Assembly: GCF_001194135.2 (NCBI RefSeq)
Contig: NC_068988.1
Span: 95,612,421 to 95,676,420, forward strand
Reading direction: 5' to 3'
Origin: Octopus bimaculoides
Taxonomy: Eukaryota
Length of the DNA stretch: 64,000 nt
Below are positions 42,037 to 53,800 of the stretch, piece after piece. The position numbers and the translations under genes were made by a program. How positions within the stretch are numbered: the stretch's first letter is position 1; the number at the start of each line of letters is the position of its first letter. The notes beneath the pieces are model-generated. The model had not been told where the DNA came from and did not search any database. It worked only from the letters and a program-made list of their open reading frames with translations.

Positions 42037-45000
42037 CGTGCGTAGTGTAATACTCTAGTCAGGCTGTAACAACAGATAATGGTGCTGTTAATGAAATACA
42101 GTTCATGCAACCTTAGTCTGATGTTAGCGAAGGAGATTCGATTATTATTATTATTGTTATTATCAAGCACATATATGCATTCGACAACAAAAGCATGCAA
42201 ATAGATGACATTTACACATTTATTGCCAAAATATAAACAAAAATATTAACCACAACTTACTCAAGCATGACACAACAAGAGAAACTGCCTCTCCTGATAA
42301 CAGAAGAATTATAAGACTAAATGAAAATCTTTCTTAGATGCAGAGTTTAAAAACCAATTTCGTGTTTAAAAATTTGGGAGAGAAACTCGAAAGTACTTGA
42401 CTAGTTCAAGCCAATATTCATCTATCATGGTTAGATTAATCTTTTATTATCAATGGTTGTCATCAGTTTGGAATACGTTTTTGATTTTCTCACTGAAATG
42501 GTTCAAAGCAAGATTTGGATGACAAAGAGGAAAACATTCATCTCAAAATCTTTTGCTAAAAATTTAGGAATTCACATTTGATGTTGAGGAGGTGGTCAAA
42601 TTCAGAAAACTGTGCTGCTTTGGTCAGCAACAATAGAAGGAGGAAGTGGAATAAACCCACTGCCCACCTGGAATGGAAAACTACTCACCTGGAATGGAAA
42701 ACTTAGAATTTTGATTTCTAGACAAACTAATGAGAAATAATTCCTCTCTAAAACAAGTTACCAATATAACATTCTTCTCAGGTGATCTGATACATTAATT
42801 ACCGACATCCAGGTAACACTTCGCATAAACTAGAGTGTTCTCTTCAAAAACAAACACAAAATATGCCTGAAGTGGTTTGAACTCATAACCTAGGAGAAGA
42901 CAGATGAATGGCCTCACCTACTCAGTCAGTTTTTACAACGATGAAGGTCTTTAAGCGTGTCTATGTCTTTAACCCTCTCAGACCTGGACCCCTGTGTCTA
43001 ATTTTACCCTCTACCTGGGTTCCTGAGCAAAAAAATAAATGGTTACTCACAAAGCTCAAGAGTAACAATTGCAGGAAGAATAATGGACAGAGACAGTGAA
43101 ACAAAATTCAGGAGAATAAGAATTAAGAGGCCCATTTCCTCTCAACGACTGTTTGTTCATCTGAATCATTAGTTTCCTCATCACTTTCACCTGTCTGATT
43201 GTCCAAAATCATTCTCATTGTCTGCATTCAGGTAAACTCTTCAACCAAAGGATATCATCAACACAATCTCCTCACCTGCAAAGAGTCTAGGCCTCGCTTG
43301 TTTACAATGTGAAGGACAGGGTTCATCACATGCTTACCTCCTCATAAAATTGGTGGGGGGGGGGGCAATTAAAAACTGTAAACCACAGCCAGGGGGGGAC
43401 ATCATTAACGAGGAGTCATAAAGACACTTGACTACAAAGCTGCAAAATGTAATCAGTTGTCTGTTTTTAGTATTTTATCATCTTTACCATTTATCATCTT
43501 TACCATTTATCATCTTTACCATTTTAACAAGAATCAGGTTGAGACTATGTGTAGGCTATAACAGCAGGACAGGGTTCAGTGTAGTTCTAGGTTTAAAAGA
43601 TGAGGAACTATGTACATTATTTACATTTGACAGATATTTGTCCTCATCTTGTTTGTTATTAACACAACGTTTCGGCTGATATACTCTCCAGCTTTCATCA
43701 GGTGTCTTGGGAAAATTTTGAACCTGGGTTCTCATTCCTAAGGTATTTTTCAATGTTTTTATTATTATTAATACTATTCAGGTCACGAGCATATAGCATA
43801 GTGGTTAAGAGCGCAGGCTACTAACCCCAAGATTCCGAGTTCGATTCCAGGCAGTGACCTGAATAATTATAATGATGATGATAATAATAACATTGAAAAA
43901 TACCTTAGGAATGAGAACTCAGGTTCAAAACTTCCCCAAGACACCTGATGAAGGTTGGAGGGTATATCAGCCTAAACGTTGTGTTAACAACAAACAAGAG
44001 AGGACAAATATCCGTCAAATGTAAATAAGGGTTAAGTATGTCTTTGTGTTTCTAAGAATGTCCATTGAAGTATTGAATGTAAACTATAATGTGAAACAAT
44101 TGTGAAATATTTCAACAATTCTTGAGACCAGACAGAATGTCAATGGAAGCTACATAAAAGTCAACAAAATCTCAAAGACAACCCAACCCTACATCTAGGA
44201 ATCACAGACAATACAATTCCGGGAACCAAAAGTGACAAATACTTTTATAACAACAACTAAAATTAGATTAATCATAATTAAACAGCAAAGTGGTTATATG
44301 TCTAAAAGACTGCAATTATTTACTGCAAGAACAGTTCCATTAGTCCAGAACAGAGATACATAATACAACAACAAGAATTAAAATCAGAGATTTTACAGCT
44401 GCAATGTTTCACATTTAAATCCCATGTTTATTAAATGATATTTACCTCTTGAACACACACACACACCTATGCTAGTACCATGTAAAAAACACCTGTGCTG
44501 GTGCCACATACAAGGCATCCAGTACACTCTTTAAAGTGGCTGGCATTAGGAAGGACATCCAGCCATACTAAAACAGACAACTGTATCCTTTCTCACCATT
44601 TCATCCCACGTCTAGCCCTTGCATATGTTCCCTCCAAGAGGTGCTGATCTCTGATTGTGGAGGGAATGTGTGTATCACTACACATCTATATATGATTGTG
44701 CAATGCCATAAAACAAAATTATAGAATAGCAAAAGCAATACGAACTGGAGGCAAATGCTCTCGTCTTTTTGGCACAAAATAGGATTTTCAATGCATCAGC
44801 TTTTGAAATGAAAGCAAACCGTTAACTATCAAAAGACATTTCAATATTCTCAACAATATAAGGCAGCAAGCGGGCAGAAACGTTAGCACGCCGGGTGAAA
44901 TGCTTAGCGGTATTTCATCTGTCTTTATGTTCTGAGTTCAAATTCCGCCGAGGTCGACTTTGCCTTTCATCCTTCAGGGCCAATAAATTAAGTACCAGTT

Positions 45001-48000
45001 GTGTACTGGGGGGGGCCAATCTAATTGACTGCCCCACCCACCCAAAAAAAAATTTCAGGCCTTGTGCCTAGAGTAGAAAAGAATATTCTCGACAATATAT
45101 CAAAATTGTGATGATGCATGGGGAAACCTTATCGGATGTCACTAAATGAACAGCTGAGAAAAATACAGAATGTATTTCTGTGAAAAAAATGAAACTTGAT
45201 GTGCAGACCTATTTCTTCACTTGGCGTAGCGGTTAAGAGTGCAGGCTACTAACCCCAAGATTCCAAGTTCAATTCCAGGCAGTGACCTGAAGAATAATAA
45301 TAACAACAACAACATCGAAAAATACCTTAGGAATGAGAACCCCAAGACACCTGATGAAGACTGGAGGGTATATCAGCTGAAACGTTGTGTTAACATCAAA
45401 CAATTTGAAGACAAATATCCGTCAAATGTAAATAATTCTTCATCTCTTAAATATAGAACTGTATTTCTTCATTGTTTTCACTTTGACCCTGTTTTTTTTC
45501 TCCGTTGCTAATTTATCAACATCCAATGGACTTTCCCATGCACCATCACAATTTAGTTAGTATTGATATTTTTAATACTGCAATTATCACTTCTTATTTA
45601 CAGTCAGCACCAATGGCCACCTATTGATTGTTCAACCCTCTCTGGAAGTAAAGATGATTTTAATGAATCACAAGTTGTTACTTGATATATCCTTATTCAG
45701 CTTTGCTGCTTAAATACATGCTACCGAATGGTCTGAGTTCATTTTGGATGCATAAATATATAATTTTTTTTAAAAATGAATTTTTCTTTTTTTTTTAATC
45801 CAAGCAACGCAGCAAAAAGTTGTCAAAGACAAAACCAAAAAGACAATACGTACTCTCCATACCATGCCCAACCAATCATAAAACACACACACATACACAC
45901 ATAATGCGAAGGTGTGCATAAGAAAGAATACTCGAAATAGATGCTGCTGAGTATATTTATTGGCTGAAGGTCAGTGATTTACTTAGTTTCCACATTTGAT
46001 CTGATTGAGCATCATCTGAAGTCCTTCGTGTAACAGTAGAATAAATCACCAACTTCAAACACACACACACACACTGAACTATATACATCATGCAGTTTGT
46101 ACAATCCTCAATGAACTGAATCATATATCATCCAACCCATGCCAGCATGGAAAATGGACATTAAATGATGATGACACATAGATATATATACATACATACG
46201 CACACATGTCCGTGTGTGTGTGTGTTTGTGTACGACAGAAGCTGTTGCAAGACTGATATAATGCAAATTTCAGTATGGATGGCATCAAGAGATTACGAGT
46301 AATGAAAAGCAGGACACAGCATGCATTACAGGAATGGAGAAATCGAAACATGCCTCTTCTTCAGAACTGCTGTACAGACAAAAAAAAATTTACTCGAAAC
46401 TCTGATCGTATTGCTACTCACCATACAAACGTAACAGCCACTTACATTACATATACACACACATACATACATAGATATATGTCGGCTCTACAGGAGGCAA
46501 AAAGCAGTTATAAGATGCGGAAAAACCATGCTAACAACTTTACCTTTGGGCATCAAACAAAAATATCCTACAATGATTAACCAATAGTTTATTAAACAGT
46601 CAGAGATGGGTTCTTTAATGTTAAATAAAACAAATAATTAGAAATAACGATGTTAATTAGAAACTGAATGCTAAACACAACAAAAACAAAAAAAACATGC
46701 ATCACACGAAAATAAAGAATTTCAAAACAACAAAATAACTTTGGAGAAAATTTCCAAGTCCAGATAATGAGATTTTTTTTTTCTGTTTTTTTTTGGGGGG
46801 GGGGTTAATAAATTAACTTCCAGATAAATATAAATATTTAGTAATGAATTAGCAATTTTTGGTTTTGCATTTGTGTTCTTGGACCAAAGAGTTCCAGAAC
46901 CAGAGAGATGTTCCTTAACCAGGTCAAAGTTACAATATCTGCTGGTAAAATAAGTTTTAACATGATAATACGGTTTCCTGCACAAATACATCAAACGATA
47001 AACACAGCAACGTCTAAAGAATCCAGAGATACCATTTAAATCATAAACCTTAGATGATTGATGTTGTTTAGTCTCAGATTAACTTTGATCGATGAAGCAG
47101 ACCCTTATCAATGCCATTCCAGTGATCATCACATCCTTCAATGTAACAGGGAAAACATTGTCAAATATACTCTCCTTATATAAGACAGTATGGTATCTTG
47201 AGGAAGATAGAGCTGCTATTTCTAGTATGTCAAGCCTAAAGTCTCTCTCTCATTATCTCAGCAAAGTCATTGTTGGCATTCCTACTAAACATGGCATTGT
47301 GAAGACTTTCTGTTTTGACTTGGTTCAACCTGTCAAGAAACTAGACTGTCTGAGTGGGGTCAGCCCACAGGAAATGTGGATGTCAATGCATTTAATACAT
47401 GCAGTCTTAAATATTTCAGTGAGTAGCAGCAACTCCAGATATTATTATCTATGAAATGTTGATGGAATACCTATGTCTTTAAATACTCTTTTTAAAGGGA
47501 GATGTTGTACCCCTCCAATGTATTCAACAGTAAGAAAAAAACAGCAAAAGAACCTTTAAATACCTAAACTAGAAATAATTATGCCGCCAGAAATATAAAT
47601 TAGCTGATGACCAATATTTTCTTATTTTACTAATTAATACAAGAACTCTAGATTGTTTATATCTTTCTGAATCAAACTGTGAAGTTAATTGTTAAAATAA
47701 AAGTGAATAATTCAAACATGTAAAAAGAAGGAGTCCTCAAAATCCGTCTGTTTAACTTTCATACTGCTCAGACTTTTCAACTCTTTCAACTGACCCCTAA
47801 AATTCAAGTATCAATTCTTTTTACTAAAATACATCAGAAGTATGACACATGTTTCTATTTCTTCCTTTTCTACCTAATTTTTCAGAACACAGCATCATAT
47901 AATGGTCATTTATATACTACCGATATTGATTTTTATATATTGCATCTTCATTTGAAGTAGGTGAGAATTGAATCGTTTCATCATCATTTAACGTTCACCT

Positions 48001-50765
48001 TCCATGCTAGGATGGGTTGGACAGTTCGACTGGGATCTGGGAAACCAGGAGTCTGCACCAGTCTGCAGTCTGATTTGGCAGTGTTTCTACAGCTGGATGC
48101 CCTTCCTAACACCAACCACTCTGAGAGTGTAGTGGGTGCTTTTTCCATGCCGCCGGCACAGAGGCCGAAAATTAATAAACAGAAAAAATCCTCATTACAT
48201 ACGGAATACCGTCAATGTATATCATGAGAAATTATTCCAATTATTTTGCAGAGAACGTAAAGATTGCTACCAGCCTATTTCATTTTATATGTGGAGAGTC
48301 ACAACCAGCCAGAAGAAAATCTAGTAATTCACAAAGGAAACCTCTTAATAATGTAGTGTTTCATCTAAAACTAGTTTGGCAAATTAAAGGGAGACTAACG
48401 TTATTTTGGAGTTATAATTCAAAATCATATCAAGAGTTATCTCCCATACTTCACAGGAATTAGTCAAAATAATGCAAATTGTATTTGTTTTGTCAATGAT
48501 TTGATCCGAGGCTGTGTTGAAACTACGGCTTTTACAGCGTGTAAGACAATCCCTTCACATACGCACAAGAACTCTGGGAGGGTATATCAACCTAAACGTT
48601 GTGTTAATAATATGAATATTTACAGTTTGCGTATAAAACAAAGACAATTAAACCTTGGGAGAGGCATTATGCCGGTAATAAACACACGCACTGGTTCAGT
48701 CCTTTATTAATTTATATAGTTTTTTGTTAAATTATTTCATTGCACTCTTGCGTGCGTTTATTACCGGCATAATGCCTCTCCCAAGGTTTAATTGTATTTC
48801 TTTCAACACACGTATCCACATCAAGAATCTTGCACACGAAATATAAAACAAAGACAATGCCAATAAGGACGGTCTCTCTATAGCAAAAGATGGTTTATAA
48901 AAGAGAAGGTGTGCTGTACACGATAAACTGGATTATATCGATTAAACGATAATGCATTTCTACAGAAGAAAGACAGAAGGGAAAGCTATTTGGTGTCATT
49001 GTAATTCTCAATAAGAAAAAAAGTAATGATTGAAGAGATCTGAGTAGATTTAAATGTTAAGTTGTCGATAAAAAATATTCAGAAACATTTGATCGACTTC
49101 ATACGAAGGATACAAAAAAAAACATAGCTTGGCAAGGAGAATAATTCAAACAAATATTTTCAGAGTGATCTTCCTTAATATGTAATTTAATCAAATTATT
49201 ATAACTGACAGCAGAAAAGACATACCAACACATGAGACTCACTCCAATTTCAGCAACGTATATATATACAGGGCAAACATGTTTTTATTGCATTAAAGAA
49301 TATAATATAGAACAAACTTTGCATAGAAGCGTCAGGTTGGATTTTTGAGACACTTCTTTTTTCACTTGCTCTCTCTCTCTCTCTACAGCCATTCCAATTT
49401 CTCTCAACACTCACTCACTGTCTCTGCTATCTCTAAACATCCCCCTCTGTCCCCACCATTCCTTGTGGGTAAGCCCTCTTTCTCTCACTCTGACTATCTC
49501 TCTCTCTAACACTTTCCCACCTTCCTCTCAATTGAGGGAGCTAAGTTATCCCCTTGATAGTAAGAGGGATACCTCTGTCCCTCTCTAATCCCTCAGTTTC
49601 ATTCCCTCTCTCAGCTGAGAGGTGCTTGTCTTGTGAATATACAAGCGCTGGTGCCATGTAAAAAAACACTTGATACACACTGTAAAATGGTTAATGTCGG
49701 GAAGTGTATCCAGCCAAAAAAACCAGACAATTTCAGCCTGTGCGGGTGTCAGATTGGAGCCTGGTGCAGCCTCCTGGCTTCCCAGACCCCAGTCGAACCG
49801 TCCAACCCATGCCAGCATAGAAAGTGGACGTTAAACGATGATGATGATGAAATTATAAAAATATTAAAAAATATATAGTACAGTATTGTTTCTACTTCGT
49901 GGATTTTCACCTATGATGAGGGGTTTGGAACGTAACACCTGTGATAGGTGAGGGATTACTGTATACCAAAACGATTCGTGCAGTATCAGTGACACTAGAG
50001 AAAGAAACATTGTCCAGAATTCATTCTTCTGAAGCTGAAGAAGGTAGAAGAGAACTTCTTTCTCCTCATTTTAAATTTATTCCGATTCCATCCTATTCAC
50101 TGCAGAGTATTATCCCTCATTTCTTTGGATTCTATTGTTTATCCACACAAAATACTGCCTGCCCACCTGTCTCGTTCAGATAATCAAGGTGTGTGTGTGT
50201 GTGTGTGTGTGTGTGCGTACTTAAAATACTACTTAAGTCACTTTATGAATGCCTGGTGGTGAGCAAAAAGTATCATTAACCTCTGCTGTTCACCAATCCC
50301 AATAACAATGTCTCACATCAATATAAGACCACAATTTCATCAGGAGGTGCATGTAGGCTAGATCAGCTTTGTATGTCCCTAGCTTTTATTTAATTAGCCC
50401 CAATGGAATAGAAAGCAATGTTGACTCCAACAGGGTTTGAAACCAAATCACAGAAGGTTTTAAGTCCAACATTCCCCCATTTCAACCACCATTGCCCCCT
50501 TTTTTAACTACACCAGTTGTGTTTGGTTCCACTAATCATAACAGATGTCCTTTAGGAACTGACACACAATCCTCTCTTGACCAAAATTAAGAATTAAATC
50601 AATAATTTCAAATATTTGAGTCGTTAAGGCCTTCAGAATACTGAACAAACATTCCAAAAATAACCGGAAGAGTCAAGTCAGACAACTCAGCATCACAAAC
50701 AGGCAAATGTGATAATCAGTTCGACACTGACAAAAAAGACTAGAATAATCTGGTTGTTTCGTATA

Positions 50766-50809
<44 letters not shown>

Positions 50810-53800
50810 ACATAGGCACAGACATAGTTTCAGCTTCAATCTCACTGCACAGTACCTTGGGCCAAGTATCTTCCACTCCAGCCTTCACCCAACCAATGCC
50901 ATGTGTGGAAACTGTGTGCAGTCCACTTGTGTGTGTGTGTGCTTTTGTCCCCCACACTGCTTGACAACTAGTACTGGTTTGTTAACCTCCCCATAACTTA
51001 GTGGTTTGGCAAAAGAGATCAATAATAAGTACTGGGGCAGATTTGTTTAACAAAATTCTTCAAGACAATGCTCCAGTATGGCTGCAGTCCAATGATGGAA
51101 ACAAGTAAAAGACACAAGAGACAGATATTGTCTCACACACACACAAATAAAATACAGAATGACCCTTAAGTGAGATAATTTGTAAATATTAAACTATAAC
51201 TGTTTCGTTTTGGGATTTGGTTTGCAAGATTCTTTATGGGAGTTACAAGGCACAAAAAGAAAATGACTCTCCCCAGACACAACAAACTATAACTGAAGTA
51301 ATATTAAAATTACCCTATCGAAAATTACTATATGTAAATCTCACAACGTGAGATATTCAGCAACAGTACTTTGTAGCAAAGATTTTTTGCCAACATCACA
51401 TGGCAGTCCTGGTTTAGGACGAATGTTGCTGTAATTTAACCCCAGGAGACATCGTCTCTAGCTGACTATATGACATGATCTGTGTCCTTATATTTTCGAA
51501 GAAGGGAATCTCGCACCCCCACTCAGCTCAAAACAATATCTGTGTATCGCAATTTTCGGGTTATTTCCCTTCATCAGCACAGGATAATTGTTCGGCTAGA
51601 GGTGGCGCTGCCAAATTCCTGTTCGAAATATATATATACAGATATTGTTTTCAGCTGAGTGGGAATGCTAGATTCCCTTGTTCAAAAATATAAGGACATG
51701 TATGTATGTATGTATGCGTGTGTGTATATATTTATGTCTGTGTTTGTCCCCCCACCATCGCTTGACAACCGATGCTTGTGTGTTTACGTAACTTAGCGGT
51801 TTGGCAAAAGAGACCGATAGAATAAGTACTAGGCTTACAAAGAATAAGTCCTGGGGTCGATTTGTTCGACTAAAGGCGGTGCTCCAGCATGGCCGCAGTC
51901 AAATGACTGAAACAAATAAAAGAGTATATTTATAGAGGGAAGAGCATCAGGGACTGCCAGTAGGATGCCTGAGGGCCACATGCAGCCCCAGGAGCTGGGG
52001 TTGAGAACCACCGATTTATATAGAGTTAAACATCTACGTGTGCGTATAACTGTGTGTATGTGTGTGTATTGTTTCTTAGATATTGAGCTGAAGTATCAAC
52101 AGAATTCAGTAGATTAACCAATATTAAATGTGCCAACTTACTCTGGTTGTTGCCTTTCTCAGCATTATGGCATTCTTCTTGCACAAATCTTTCCAAAATA
52201 CTTCTATAGAAGAAGAAACCAAAACAAAATCACTTCAAAATTAGTCGAGTAATACTGACAACATTTTAATGAGAGAGGGAAAAAAAAAAAAGACTATTTT
52301 CTATCTTTCACTGTCGTATTATTGTACAGAACAATTTCAAAAAGCATTAAATTTTAGAAAAATGGTTTATATTTTACTGAGATTGGAATTTTAAGATTAA
52401 CATGTAGCAGTAAAGTGATAACATGTTATTGATTAAAGTGAAATAAAACGACATTTTTGTAATGAAATTACAAACTGAAGTTCAGTGAGTGTGAACTGAA
52501 AAATACAACTGAACAATTGGTTCTAGCTGTGTATGTGAAAGCCTGGCGTTGGTTTACCAATGGGGAACCTGTTCTCGTCTGGGAAGTTAACATCAGAAAA
52601 GCAATCTACAGACATGCCAATTTGTAATTTCAGAAAAGCATCCCAGTCAATGAAACACAAAAAAATGCATCATCACCATTTAATGTCCACTCTCCATGCT
52701 GGCATGGGTTGGACAGTTTGACAGGAGCTGATGAACACCATCATCATCATTGTCATTTAACGTCCGCTTTCCATGCTGGCATGGGTTGGACAGTTCGACT
52801 GAGGGCTGGCAAGCCAATAACATTGTTGTTAAACTAGATACCAGGAATAAATGTAATGTCATTAAATAAAAATTAACTCAAACCAGCAGCAACATCGAAA
52901 TTGATGGATGAAACAAGAAACTATTGAAGTGGTGACTCACCGATGAAAATGAGGGAAAAGTTCACAAAATATATTTGTCACATCAGCTTTTTCTACAGTC
53001 TCTTGATGAGCCTTTAATAAAGAAAAGAAAATAAAAGAAATATTGAGCATTGTTGATAATGAAACATTATCGATGCTGCATTGATTAATCAGAACAAGGA
53101 AAAATGAAAGATTGTGGCAGTAACTGAAATAAATGCCTCGTTAACCTTTTTCGTGAGCATTTTTCTAATGAGTACACACCCACTCCCCTGACATGGGGTT
53201 CACTCCATTTTTAACATCATCAAGATTTTGGAGAGAGTTTACCAAAATATTTTAAACATCATATATCTTTGTGGCTTGTGAAGAGTCCCTGCCTTTCTCT
53301 CACTTTGCTGCCTATCAGAGAGAGAACAGAAAAGACTCAAGCCCACCAATTCCAGATTCATACTTTTATTTATGAACCCTCCAAAGAAATGAACTCTGAG
53401 TACATAAATCTCCTTACCCGAGTCATATAGATTCATAAAGGGCTAGTCTCCTGGTTTCCATGGCACATATATTTTGCCCTGGACAGGACTCCTCATTCTG
53501 GCCAGCTGAGTGGACTGGAGCAACATGGAATGAAGTGTCTTGCTCAAGAACACAATGCATTGCCCAGTCCAGGAATCGAAACCACAATCTTATGATCACA
53601 AGTCCAACACCCGAACCAGTAAGCCACACGTCTAAATACACAGAGACAAAACAAACACCACAAGGCATTCAACTAGGTTTCTCGTTATTACTACCATTAT
53701 TAGAACCATAATAAGTATTGCAATTACTGCTGCCATAAAAATTACAGTAACAGCAAAAACACACAACCTTGCATGCAATTAACCAACTATCTTTCTGCGT

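Noticed and set aside
43787-43855. tRNA gene (also 13640-13712 and 8590-8659)
   Set aside because: No complete acceptor stem or poly-T terminator; each continues into a repeat body, so they are SINE-type heads.
50620-50745. Minus-strand LFCQCRT reading resembling the helix after the EF-hand
   Set aside because: It ends in a stop with no donor, and exon 9 already supplies this segment in the correct phase.
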